In this document: piece after piece, positions 1 through 15,068 of the stretch
Position numbering within the stretch: the first letter of the stretch is position 1
Layout: each line of letters starts with the position of its first letter
DNA from: the human T2T-CHM13v2.0 reference genome, Homo sapiens
DNA: 64,000 nt
Assembly: GCF_009914755.1 (NCBI RefSeq)
Contig: NC_060925.1
Reading direction: 5' to 3' (one strand)
Program-made: the position numbers and the translations under genes
The notes under the pieces: model-generated
The model's database searches: none
Told to the model about the DNA's origin: nothing
The model's input: only the letters and a program-made list of their open reading frames with translations

Positions 1-187
1 TGCCTCAGCCTCCTGAGTAGCTGGGACTACAGGCACCTGCCACCATGCCCAGCTAATTTTTTGTATTTTTAGTAGAGATGGGGTTTCACCGTGTTAGCCA
101 GGACGGTCTCGATCTCTTGACCTCGTGATCCGCCCAGCTCAGCCTCCCAAAATGCTGGGATTATAGGTGTGAGCCACCGCACCCGGC
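1..187 (-). mobile_element. Alu (AluY/Sc-like), cut by the window edge
   Basis: Antisense Alu sequence with GTGTTAGCCAGGACGGTCTCGATCTC..CCTCGTGATC diagnostic segment. Confidence 0.95.
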
Positions 188-274
188 TCTGGGAAGTAAA
201 TATTTAAAAGACAACATTTATTTACAAAGTCAGCTAGGGGAACTCAAAACATCAGAGACTTAGTAATAGAACAA

Positions 275-462
275 ACACAAGTTCAAAATCCAGCTCCACT
301 CCTCATGAGTTACATAACCATGACATGTTTCTTAAACTCTCCAAAACTCCATTTCCTTATTTGTAAAAGTAGAAATAAAAAATGCCAGTTATCTAAGATA
401 ATTAAGGAGATTGAAAGCAATACAGAATATATGTGTCTGCCATATAGTAGGTGTTCAGTACC
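275..462 (+). mobile_element. MIR SINE fragment
   Basis: GTTCAAAATCCAGCTCCACT...TTTCCTTATTTGTAAAA MIR core; boundaries approximate. Confidence 0.65.
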
Positions 463-626
463 CAGGAGCTCTTGGGATTATTTCAGCTTCAAAATCCTCT
501 AACTATGAATGACCTGAAGGTAAAATAATCAATTTTATCTTTGACTTCTAAGACTACTGCAAACATCAATGGCTTCTATATGCATCAAAAATAACCAATT
601 GTATATTGTAATGCAAGATGGACTCT

Positions 627-1172
627 TGTCAGGGTTCTTGGTTATAAACAACAGAAACTGATTCTGGCTATCTTAGGCAGAAACAAAGCTTATTGGTAGG
701 GCATTAGGTAGTCCACTGCATTGACTAGGAACAGGGGTTCAGGAAGAACCAAGGCAAACAATGTTCAGCCAAGATCATGCCAAAGGCAATTGGCATAGCA
801 CACCACCACTGATGCCACCATTGGATGCCCACTACCATGCTGCTGGACTGCTCCATCCCAGCAATTGCACCACCATGCCACTGAACAGAACTCTGGCCTC
901 CAGGCACCTGCTATGCCAAAAAAAGTCTCTAACTAACCCTTTGACTTATCCTCTTAGTGTTTACAATCTGACAGTGACATTTCATTAACCAAGCTTAAAT
1001 TATATGTCCATTCTCTAGCTACCCAGGGTAGGAAGATAAAATGCCCCCACTACTTTATCTTCTGTAGTGAGAGATAAGTAGGAAACAGAGGCCCTCCTTT
1101 CCCATGCCTTGAGATTCTCCCAACATAGAAAAGGAGTATGGATGGCAAAATAGCAAAACTGCAAATGTCCAG
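627..1172 (-). mobile_element. Old MaLR LTR (MLT1M/N-like)
   Basis: GGTTATAAACAACAGAAACTGATTCTGGCTA...TTATTGG and terminal AAATGTCCA resemble the antisense MLT1N/M consensus. Confidence 0.55.
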
Positions 1173-1663
1173 TGTGCACTAGCAATCAAAATCTGCTAAA
1201 TATACATGCACAAATCTGAAAAGAAATTAAGCAAGACCTATAGAAGAAAACTATAAAACTTTCCTCAATGAAGGAGAAGAGTCTAATATTAATGTCAAGG
1301 CATACCATGTTTCTGAAATAGAAGCCTCAATATAGTGAATATGTCAATCCTCTCCAGATCTACAAGTTCACTAAAATTTTCTATCAGAATTACAAGAGTT
1401 TTTATTTGTTCATGTTTTTTAAAATTTGACATTTCTAAAGTTTATACATAAAATGATTTATGTAAAAGAGCAAATAAATTTTTGGAAAAGAAAAATAAAT
1501 GAGTGTTTGTCATACAGATATCAAAATACACTATAAACCTACAACTGTATGGCATGGTATTGACTCAGGAATAGATTCATAAGTAAGTAGCAAACTAGCA
1601 CTCAGTCATTATACAAACAGACATTTAGTGTATATAAGAAGATATTTCAGATCAGTGGGGAAT

Positions 1664-1879
1664 CAGGGATCAGAAAACCTTTTCTTTACAAGACAATATT
1701 ATAAATATTTTAGACTTTGGGGGACAAAGTCTCTGTTGCAACTACTCAACTCTGCTACTGTAGTGTGAAAACAGCCATAGGCAATACTAAACAAATAGCT
1801 GTGTTCCAACAAAACTTTATGTACAAAAACAGGTACTGAGCAAAATGTGGCCTTTGGACCACAGTTTGCCAACTTCTTG
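1664..1879 (+). mobile_element. MER58A hAT-Charlie MITE
   Basis: AAATATTTTAGACTTTG...GTCTCTGTTGCAACTACTCAACTCTGC...GCTGTGTTCCAACAAAACTTTAT with degenerate CAGGG/CTTG termini. Confidence 0.85.
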
Positions 1880-2220
1880 TGTAGACTAGTCAATAAATAG
1901 TGTTGAAATTAGCTTTTTGGAAAAAAGTCTGAACTCTCCCACTATGCACAAAAATAAAATCCATTTAAATGCAAGCATCTAAATGTGAAAATGAAAACTA
2001 TAAAAGTATCAGAAAAAAGTAGAAGACACAGAAACATGAAAAAAATTAACAGATGTGATTACATAAAGCTTTAAAGGTTCTATACTCAAAAGACTGAAAG
2101 TAATTATAAAACACCAGGAAAGACTGGGAGAAAATATTTGCAATGATTGTATGAAACAAAAGATTAATATCCAAAATATATAAATCACACCTACAAATTA
2201 ATTTTAAAATATATAGACTA

Positions 2221-2790
<570 letters not shown>

Positions 2791-3416
2791 CTATTTGTGA
2801 GAGAATGAGTTAACAAACTAATTTCTAGAAGACAGTAATATCTAAGACAATTTTTAAATACATACCCTTGGACATAATAACAGTACTTGTTGGGATCAAC
2901 TCTAAAATGTTTGCATAGGTGTACAAAGATTTCTTTTTGCATAAGTTTGTTAACTTATGTTTACTTGTAATGGTGAAAAACTAGAAATACTAACTGCAGA
3001 CCAAAGGTGGAACAATTAAGAATAAGGTAGACGTATTTGCTGATGTAAGACACAAATCCAAGAGAAAATAGCCAGATGGAAAACAATACAAATAAGAATT
3101 ATAACACAGCATGAACTCATATTCTTAAAAAAAATTATACATTAATAGAAAAAATCATTTTTTAAGCAGGGCTGAAAAAATTCCCATAGTAGTAGTTACT
3201 TCTTGGAAAGGCGGGGCTCCAGGGAGGTAAATGTTAATGTTTTAATCTATATGTATGCCAGTACTGGAACCTTTTCCAAGATCTACTGTAGTTTATCAGG
3301 GAGGAACAGGACCCATCTCCAGCAGACAAATCTGCCTGCCGGTCCCTTGCCCTTTCATTTTCCTATATGCCTCTTTCTCACATCGGCCAGTGTGTCTTTT
3401 AATTTTGCTTATCAGT

Positions 3417-3862
3417 TGTTGTGAGTTGAATTATGTCACCCAAAATATATGTTCAAGTCCTAATGCTCATACCTGTGAATAAGACCTTATTCGAAAATAG
3501 GTTTTTGCCATTGTAATCAAGTTAAGATGAGGTCATGCTGAATTGGGGTAGGCTCTACAAGAGAAAGGAGAAGGATATTTTGACACAAAGACACAGAAAA
3601 GACACACCGATAGAAGATGACCATGTGATGAGGGAGGCAAAGATTGAAGTGCTGCAGCTGCTAGACAAGGAACTCCAGGGGGCACTAGAAGCTAGGAGAG
3701 AGGGGTGAAACAGATTCTCCCTCAAGCCTCCAGGAGGAAGCCACCCTGCTGACACCCTGATTTTGGACTTCAGGCCTCCTAAACAGTAATATAATAAATT
3801 TCCATTGTCATAGCCACCCAGTTTGTGGTAAGTCAGTACAGCAGTCCTAGAAAACTAATACA
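3417..3862 (+). mobile_element. MLT1B/C MaLR solo LTR
   Basis: TGTTGTGAGTTGAATT start, GTAATCAAGTTAAGATGAGGTCAT, CCCTGCTGACACC, ends AAACTAATACA. Confidence 0.85.
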
Positions 3863-3903
3863 ACGGTGTTTACCAAAAACTGTGTTTTTGATCCACCATC
3901 CAG

Positions 3904-4031
3904 TCTGTGCATGTTATCTACAAAAAGAAGAGCAGCCAAAAAGGTGTCTGATAATTGTCAGATATCTGATAATTGTCAATTATCAGACACCATTTTGGCT
4001 GCTCTTCTTTTTGTAGATACACATGCACAGA
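3904..4031. repeat. Near-perfect long inverted repeat (54/55-bp arms, 19-bp spacer)
   Basis: 3904-3957 is the reverse complement of 3977-4031 with 1 mismatch and 1 single-base bulge. Confidence 0.95.
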
Positions 4032-4296
4032 GTAACAAGTACAGGGTAACTATTACCCTGTTATGAATAGGGTTCAAACAGAGGTAGGATGACTACCAGC
4101 TAGGGTATTGTATGAGAGATTTCTGCACTGAAGGGTGGACTAGATGCCTTCCTAACGTTCATAAACGTAGGAGTCCATGAGTCTCTGTGACAGAACAGCA
4201 TCGTGCTTAACAGCAAGGATTTGGAATGAGAAAAATCTGGTTTGGAATTCTGATTTCACTACACACTAACTACCTGACCTTGAAAAAATTTCTTAA

Positions 4297-4642
<346 letters not shown>

Positions 4643-4959
4643 AATAATGCTGCTTTAATGCATCAGCATTCTTAGATAAAAGCAACTGACACTCCCTAAT
4701 AATTCAAGAACAGAAATGTGTTAAAGGAATGTGTTAAAGGATATTGTATAGTTTACTGGAAGCACCAGCAATCCAAAGGCTGCCACTGAAGTCTCTAGAA
4801 CTAGTTATAGTTACTGCTGTTGCAGCTACATGATACTAACTAGAAAAGATTTTTTTGGTAGCTCTTCCTTTTTCTTGTCAGTATGTAAAGTGAATGTCTC
4901 ATTGGTGGAACCCAAGTCGTGGGCCCATGCCCTAGCTGCTAATGGGGCTGGAAATTGAA

Positions 4960-5192
4960 TGATAATGGTAGCTATTATTTACCGAGTATTTACTACGTGC
5001 CAGGCACTTTTGTTGTATTTGCATATATTAATTCACTTAATCCCCACAAGAACTCTGTGAAATCAGTATGTCACCCCCATTTTCACTGATGAGGAAACAG
5101 AGGCACAGAAGAGCCAGGTAACTTAACCAAAGTACCCAGCAATATGTGCAGAGCTGGGATTAAACCCTAAATTATCCAGCTCCAGACCCTGC
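4960..5192 (-). mobile_element. MIR (MIRb-like)
   Basis: ACTACGTGCCAGGCAC...CCCCATTTT..GATGAGGAAACAGAGGCACAG core. Confidence 0.8.
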
Positions 5193-5391
5193 CATCATTG
5201 GGAATACTCCTTTCTGCTCTTCATCTGGCATTTTCAACATTGACAGAGGTGGTCACTGACCACTTCAAAAAGCAACAGATTCTTCAAACATAAAAAGAGG
5301 ATTCAGATTCTGAATAGCCAAATAAAAAAAAAAAAAAAAGAAACACAAATGTTTATTACCTTTGTCTACAACTTATCTCACAGAGCTGTCA

Positions 5392-5737
<346 letters not shown>

Positions 5738-5879
5738 CTAACACAGTGACTGGTGCAAAGCATCCCATCAGTGGAAATTGTTTTTGTAATAATTGTTTTG
5801 TAATAATAGTTGCTATTACCACGTCCTTCTTGACTTTGACCAACCACTTCTGGGCTGCTTCTGCCAGTTGTTACCTATT

Positions 5880-5970
5880 CTAGTATAGCTCTACCACTCA
5901 CTCTCTGACCCCAGGCAAGTGACTTCACCTTTCTGAGCCTCAGTCTTCTCATCTGTAAAATGGAGATGTG
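5880..5970 (+). mobile_element. MIR core fragment
   Basis: GGCAAGTGACTTCACCTTTCTGAGCCTCAGT..CTCATCTGTAAAATGG. Confidence 0.8.
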
Positions 5971-6264
5971 TTTGGAAAGGGGCAAAACTGTGTTCTTTCC
6001 AGGAACCTTCCAATTTTGATGTTTTTCAACTCAGATCTTCCAGTCCCTAATGCCCAATCCCTTCCCATGGAATTCTGTAATTCTTATAATTCATAACTTA
6101 CAATTTCATTCCAGGTTACATGCCACCTTCTACTGTTCTATAATCATTACCAGTTGTTTCCTCCTGAAATTGTGTTGCACAAAATGGCTTTTCAGAACAT
6201 AGTGTTTTCTGGAAAGTAAATTGATTTTATACATAAGAGGTTTGTTGTGGCAGTCCTTTATGTG

Positions 6265-6289
6265 CACACACACACACACACACACACAC
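6265..6289. repeat. (CA)n microsatellite
   Basis: Direct read. Confidence 0.9.
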
Positions 6290-6884
6290 TCAATCACTCA
6301 TCATCTGATATGATGCTCTGGTGCCCAGTCAAGTCAGGGCCGTACAAGGTAACTTGGTTAAGAAAGAGAAGGAGGAGTCTATCCTCAGTTGCCTCAGAAA
6401 ATGTCCTGAAGTTTTTGTAGAAAAATGACAAGTTCCTTCCTCCTTTATTAACAAAAGGGACCTTAAAGGTATTGCATCTGCCCGTCTCTTGGAACAGCCT
6501 CTTAGAGTTCCGTCCCAACATCCTCCTCCATTTTCCCCCCTTATTTTTCATATTTGTTTCCAAGATAGTCAACCAGCAAGGGTTCCTTTAGTTTTCATTG
6601 CCAGATAGGATTCTTAGAGTGAAGATATTTTTGCACCTTGGTCACTGCAATTTATCTTGTAACTTTTAAATTTTTGCTTCCAAAAAAAGAAACTTTCTGA
6701 CTTCTTCATCTTTAATCTCAAAGGTGCTTTCTGCTCAACATCTTTTCAATTTACATTTATAGTATTTTTATTCTATGTGAGACAGTAAGATCTTCAAAGG
6801 CTGTGCATTCATTTTTCATATTCAGGAAAATATCCATCTTTTTTATGTTATTAAATAATTAACAGGGCGAATTCTCGTACATAG

Positions 6885-7020
6885 TAACTACCTTCTGAGA
6901 TACGCAACTCTAGCCCATTTACAGATAAGAAAAATGAGGTTTAGAGAGTAACATTACTAGCCAAAGGTCACACAACTAGGACCAGGTCTGGTCAGATGAA
7001 GACCTGGATTTTCAGCCACC
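6885..7020 (-). mobile_element. MIR fragment
   Basis: CCCATTTACAGATAAGAAAAATGAGG...AAGGTCACACAACTAG. Confidence 0.7.
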
Positions 7021-7299
7021 CTGCCCAGTGTGTTGCCTGCTGCACCCCAGGGGCTCCCCTGATGTCACGTGGATGGAAAGGATTGTGTTGCAGACAACTG
7101 ACTGGTGTGTGGACAGCACTCAGGCTATTCTGCAGTTGGTTACTCTGCAGCACAGGTTGGTGCCACTACAACCTCAAGGCCTGCTATCCCAGCTGGGCAC
7201 TCAGCGCTGCCCAGTAATCCTGCAATGGTCTCTAGCTAGTTCCTGATCCAGTTATCCCCTCGGGGGTGTCACCCCAGTCATTCTCAGATGTGCCTTTGC

Positions 7300-9380
7300 T
7301 TATGTCATTATGGTGAAAATGCAAGCCTCCAGGCAACTTCTCAGCTCTCTCCTCCGCCTCCTGTACACAGATCTCCACTGTGCTTTTTCATTCTTCCTTC
7401 TGGTTTGCATTCCATGCATAGTTTCTCTATTAATGTTTTAGATCGCATCCCATTTTACCACCTTATGGATGTTGCTCCATCAATTATCCCTCTTGTTTAC
7501 TCAACTTCTCCCTTTATAATGGTTCTTATTCAGCAAACAAATACCCTTGAATCTCTCCCATTAAAACAAAAGCTCAAACAACACAAATCAAAACAATACC
7601 TTCTTGCTCAACCTTCCTACCTCCCCACCTCCCCTCCTTCCCTTTATTACCTCCTTGAAAGTGTTAACTACATCAGCTGTTTCTAATACCTTATAAGTTC
7701 TAATTTCTCACATTCACCTTCCAACGATAACTCTCTCCGAATGTTGATCCTCCTTTGGACACCAAAGCCCACCATATGACTAAACTCTGTCTTTTAGAGA
7801 CTTAACACTGTAGAAGTCTTATTGAAACTTTCTCCTCTTTTGACATCTGTTGAGATAACTCTTTTCCAGTTTTCCTTCTACCCTGCTGGCCACACTTTGG
7901 TTTCCTTCCTGGACTTCATCCTTATCTTTTGTTCTTCTCAGCCTTTACACTGTCATTAGGTGATCTCACTCATAACCATCTAGGAACGATAAATCCAAAA
8001 TCCATATATTCAGCTCAAATTGCTTCCCTGACACCCTTATAGCCAACAGCTATACTGGTATATATTTCAGCATTCTTCTAGCCTTACATTCAAAATATCC
8101 CCTAAAGAATTATTTTGCCTTAGTTGCTGCTCTTGCATGCATATTGTGATTATATTCACAATCTTCGTAAATGGCACCACCCTACAAATAATTTCCCAAA
8201 GCAAAATCTTTGAGTCCTCCCTCCTCTTTATTCTACATACAAACAGTTCAAGCTGTTTATGTCCTACCTCTTAATATCTTTTTAATACATCTGCTTTCCT
8301 ATCTTTAGCAACTGTTACTTTATTCTTGATCCCATCTGGATTGCTGCACTAGCCTCCTTACCCATCTCTCAACCTCCAGTCTGGCCTCTTTCCAACACAT
8401 TCTCCTCCCTGATGGAGTAATCTGTCCAAAATATAAATCTAATCCCGCCACTTACCCCTATTAAAATCCTTCAATAGCTCCTTTTAGTTTTCAAGATAAA
8501 GTTCAAACTCCTTAGCTTAGCCCATAAAGCTCTTTGTGATCTCTCCCCTGAATAATACTCCAGCTTCCTTCCTCCCTACCCCACTATTCTACCTTGCACA
8601 TCCCTTACTCCAACAATACTGAAGTACATGCAATTCCCTAAACCCATCGCCTTAGTCCGTTTATGTGGTAAAGCAGAATACCTGAGACTGGCTAATTTAT
8701 CAAGAACAGAAACTTACTTCTCATAGTTATGGAGGCTGCGATATCCATGATCAAGGTGCTGGCAGATTAGGTGTCTGGTAAGGGCCACTCTCCACTTTTA
8801 AGATGGTGTCTTCATGCTGCATCCTCTGGAGGGGACAAATTCTACGTCCTTACATGCATAAAAGTGGAAGAGCAAGCAAAACCAAGTGCTGTTTGAGGCC
8901 TTCATTGCTTTCACAAGGGAAGAGCCTTCATGGCCTAATTACCTCTTAAAGGACCCAACTCTCAGTAGCATTACATTGACCATTAAGTTTCAACACCTGA
9001 ATTTGGAAGGGACACACTCAAATTAGAGTGCCCATCATGCTAATGAATGCTTGCATGTGAGTATACATGCTGTCTTCCATGCATGTAATGAATGCCCTAC
9101 TTATCCCTGCCGAATCTTCATCCAGTATATCCAGAGTGCCCCTAACCAGTGTTAAAATTCAGCTTAAGGGCCACTTCCTCCAGGTTGTTCTACCTGATCC
9201 CTTAATTTGATTTACATTTACTTCTCCTGTGGTCCTGTAGAAACACTAGACCTTTTTTTTCCCTGAAAGAATGGATGGTTGAATAGTTGAGTGAATGAAT
9301 GAATGAATGCCTTGACTCTTATTCATTTTACATCCCCATTACCTACCACAGTCCCAGGCACATACTCAGTAAGAGTTTGT
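7300..9380 (+). mobile_element. L2 LINE relic, interrupted by an MST LTR
   Basis: Pyrimidine-rich L2 ORF2/3' motifs (GAAACTTTCTCCTCT..., GATAAAGTTCAAACTCCTTAGC, GAATGAATGAATG tail); boundaries approximate. Confidence 0.7.
8648..9030 (-). mobile_element. MSTC/MSTD MaLR solo LTR
   Basis: CTTAGTCCGTTT...GAATACCTGAGACTGG..GATCAAGGTGCTGGCAGATT; 5-bp TSD CCCAT. Confidence 0.85.
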
Positions 9381-10521
9381 AAAACTGATTTTACTTGAGG
9401 GGTGCTTTTGTGCAACTAATCAAAATTATAGCATACCTTCATACATTTTTCCCCTTTATAAATCCTAAATCTAATCTAACAATGCATGTAGTTTATCTTA
9501 AGGAGTACCCTAAATAAGTGTGTGTATGGATCTATATTTATACATGGCATGGATTTCCTCTGCTTATTCTCTAATAAAAATAGGGAATTGCCAGGATAAG
9601 AGTCAGGGCCCTTAAAGATGGTATTCCAATATGGTAAGGAGCCAGCTAACGTCGAATAGTGGAAGTTTGCTGACGGGGCCCTTCTATTACTTTCCCATGC
9701 ATGCTGAGGCTCTTGACTGAATGGATTTTGGAGATCCAGGCAATGTGGGACAGTAAAGCTTTTCAATAAAAACACAATATGCCAGCCAGCTGCAAATCCT
9801 ACCTGCAATTTCTTCCCTTCCTTCTTCAATCCCAAGGAAATATGTCAGTGGATGCTGTCAGATCAGAACAAGCCATTGATCTATAGGGCGTGAGGGAAGG
9901 CTAGAATTTTGATGTCACAGATTCTCTCTATATAAAAGCTGCTCCTTAGTAAATGAGGTGCCTTGGGAATTCAGGCTTCTTGGACTAATAAACACCTAAA
10001 GGAGTAAAAGTCACCAGCATGCCCTGCCTTCACTCTAGGCCAATGCCTTCACAGCTAGCAGTAATTTGGGCCTAGAAATCAGTGTTTATATAATTAAAGC
10101 CTTTTCTTTCCATCACCTTGACTTAAATTCTTTTCCTGAATGTGGTTTTATTTATAGTGCACAGTTGAAAGTAAGAGGCCCCATTGTGTAATAAAAGAAA
10201 AGTAGATTAAGATATGAAAGACCTGGGTTTTAGTCATAGGTAACTGACTAAATATCCCCTTCTCCTTTCTCTTGGTGTTGGCTTCTCCATAAGTAAACTG
10301 ATTGGCCAGATCAGGAGGCCCAGAGATGGGACTCGGGGTTTAACCTGAGGAGATTTAACATGAGGCCTGTGGATGGGACTCAGGATTTTGTTAAGTCCTA
10401 GAAATTAGATGTAAAATTTGACACATACATTCATTTTTTCTAGTAGGAAGAACTGTAGTTTTTGCCAAATTTACAAGTGAACCTAGGGTTTGCAAAATTT
10501 ATGAAATGGAGGGTTTTACTA

Positions 10522-11303
<782 letters not shown>

Positions 11304-11349
11304 TACTAGATCTCAGCATTTGTACTTCTTTGAGGCAAAGTGAGGAAAC

Positions 11350-11550
11350 TACTGAAGTTAAGGGGAAGAAGTTAAGAGACTTGGGTTCAAATCCTAGGTC
11401 TTCCACTTGCTCCCTTTCTCTTTTGAATGGGTCAACTTACCTCAGTGACTCTATTTCTTCATCTACAAAATAGCAATAATAATAGCTCTCTCACATGTTG
11501 TGAAGCTACCTTCACATGTTGTGAAGGGTAAGAGAAATAATGCACATGAA
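11350..11550 (+). mobile_element. MIR
   Basis: TGGGTTCAAATCCTAG...TTCTTCATCTACAAAAT. Confidence 0.7.
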
Positions 11551-11838
11551 AAAAAAAAGGCTGGTATGTCAGAAATGTTCAAGGAATCCTTGTTCAATGA
11601 ATATCTAAAGAATCAGAACATTGAGAGCCACTACTTCATCTCCTGCCCCAGAATTCTTGCCATCTAAATTCATACTTTCCTGGGTGTGATCATGAACCGA
11701 CGAAATCTTAACATTGTTTTTCTTCAGGAAGGTGAGACAAGAAATAGACCTAAGTGATTAGCATGTTTCCACACAAATGGAAATCCATTTGAACTAATAG
11801 AATCATTCTAAGTCTTTAAAAGAAAGAGACAGGGTCCA

Positions 11839-12143
<305 letters not shown>

Positions 12144-12179
12144 CTAGCTAATGCACCTAATCGTTGACCTGAAAAAAAA

Positions 12180-12258
12180 AATATATATATATATATATAT
12201 AACCTGAAAAAAAATATATCTTTTGTATATCTTATACAATCTTTAAATCTTTTGTAAA

Positions 12259-12293
<35 letters not shown>
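12180..12293. repeat. Interrupted (TA)n microsatellites
   Basis: Direct read. Confidence 0.85.
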
Positions 12294-12296
<3 letters not shown>

Positions 12297-12671
12297 CATT
12301 TCCCTAGATCCTTATTTTGACATCATGTCTGTCTACAAAACCTGGTAATACCAGGTTAATACTCAGGGTCATGCACTGAAGGGTGTAGGTTTGGAGATCG
12401 CATGGGAGAAGTGGCCTCAGACTGACAAGAAGTTTGCTGCACAGCTAGCTTGCACTGCATTAGACCTAGCAAACCTACATACTTAGAATGAGCCAATAAC
12501 ATCCCACCAACACCTGTGCCCATGTCACCAAAAGATTGGCTGCTTTACTGTCAACATCTTTCTCTGTCTTACAATCACCTCAACCTAAGTAGAGCTCTTT
12601 TGTAAAATCTTTTTTCCCAAGGAACTTACACATATTTTTAAAATTACATTAATCTTCAATGCATTGTTATC

Positions 12672-12974
12672 TTTTTTTTTTTAAGAGACAGTGTCTCACT
12701 CTGTCGCTAAGGCTGGAGTACAGTGGTGCAATCAAGGCTCACTGCATCCTTGATCTCCTGGGCTCAGGTGATCCTTCCACCTCAGCCTTCTAAGTAGCTA
12801 GGACCACCACCTAGCTATTCTACCACACATATTCCACCACACCTAGCTAATGTTTTAAATTTTTTGGAGATGGGATCTCTCTGTGTTGCCCAGGCTGCTC
12901 TCCAATTCCTGGGCTCTAGCAAACCTCCAGACTTGGTCTCCCAGAGTGCTGGGATTATAAGCATGAGCCACCAT
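12672..12974 (-). mobile_element. AluJ
   Basis: Antisense Alu with CCTGGGCTCAGGTGATCC and TGTGTTGCCCAGGCTG J-type features. Confidence 0.9.
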
Positions 12975-14612
12975 CTATCTTTATTTTATAGATGAGGAAA
13001 TGAAGTTTATGAGCATAGTAAAAGATGGAATGGATATGAATCCAGGTGTCTCAGACTCAAAAGTTTTCAAACTAAACCCTAAGACCTCAAGACATATTGA
13101 TTAATAAAATATGGTCCTTGCTCTTGTGGACCAATGAGAGACACAGATATGTAAACAGAAGACTATAATACAGGTCCTATGTCTCTCGCTTTCCAGGTTG
13201 GATGTATGCAAAGAGGATTTGAGAGCAAGGAAGTTCCCTTACCTAGAGCTGTTGGCGAAAGAGAAGTGTATGTAAAACATAAAGTTGATGAAAGGCCTCT
13301 TTTAAGAGTTGAGTCTTTGAAGATGGAGGATAATTAGTCCAAAGAAGGCAGGCCATGCCACACAGAATGATGAGCACATAGAAAAGCACAGAGGCAAGTG
13401 CAAGACATCAGGGAACCCAAACCCACAAGTCACTTAGATGTAAGTGTTCCTGGCGATATGGAGAACTTGCAAAAAGCCCCACATTCTCTTAGCAGCCTTG
13501 AGAGATGGGAGGCTGCCCTTGTGCCAAGAATGAACTTGTGATCTTAGCTCTGGTACTCTGGAAAGCGATAAGGGCTTTGGGGACCCCTGAAACTGGTTTT
13601 TCACTCATTTTCTCTAACCCAGACATCCCAATCTCAGCACGAAAGGTTACAATTTCCCTGGGAAGAAATTGTGCTGACCTCAGGTTTTCACAAAGAGTGT
13701 GATATTTCTGCTTGGCTGCACAGCCTGCTGAAACACTGCTAAAAAAGCTAGTGAGCAAGACGTCCCAAAAGCAAGCAGCTGCATAGGAGGACTGAGCAGA
13801 AGTTTGCTTGTGGTTTATTAATCTCAAGTGAGGAAGACAAGGTGACTACATTCTGAGAAGTTGTAAATGCTCCAGGGACTGGCTGCATTTTGCAACTCAG
13901 CTCCACCAGTGCCCGCTTTCTCATCCAAAGGAGAGGGAGTGCTCACTGCACAGCTGATAGCATCAACAAGGAGGGGCTCTGAGGCCAACAAAAGCAGTCC
14001 AGGAATAAGGGTCCTGATTTTCTGTTTGTATTATCAATTATTTGGACTAAGAATTTTCAGGCTTTCATTTGCCCCTCCGCAAAACAGGAAAATATTTCTC
14101 ACTATAATAGTGTAAACTTAGATGTCATAAATGTTTTCTAAGTATTTAACTGTTGATTGTTCTCAACAAAGACAATGAATAAATGTGGTCTGGATTTTTA
14201 GGAGTTGCAGAAATTAAATCTGATCTTACACTATTGATTAAATTTATTCAGTAGTTGAATTGAGAAAGCCAAATAAGCCAGAATATTTCCCATTGCATTT
14301 TCCTAACCCTGATTATTCATGGAACAGATTCTCCTTGTTCAACCCATATTTGCTAAAGGCATATACATTCAAGTTCAACTCTTTGGGGTTAACAAACTCT
14401 TCTTTTAAAAATAAAAATCTTATGAAGAGGGGAACATAAATTACTAATCACTTAGTATGATTATTTTACTCAACTTAGTGCCCCTCCATACCACTGATGG
14501 CATAGAAACAAGAAGAACCTCCTGATGTGAAAAGGAAAAAAAAATGTTTACCAAGGACTTCTGCTTCTGACTATAATGGAAAAACCAAAATTAGATTTGT
14601 CTTCCTGCCTTA

Positions 14613-15068
<456 letters not shown>

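Noticed and set aside
7064-7072. GTCACGTGG E-box/CLEAR-like motif
   Set aside because: Single isolated motif with no promoter context.
11491-11526. TCACATGTTGTGAAG duplicated inside a MIR
   Set aside because: Ordinary small slippage duplication with no sign of function.
12339-12357. AACCTGGTA-A-TACCAGGTT palindrome (also a 10-bp-arm hairpin at 47971-48000)
   Set aside because: A few 9-10-bp-arm hairpins are expected by chance in 64 kb, and there is no supporting context.
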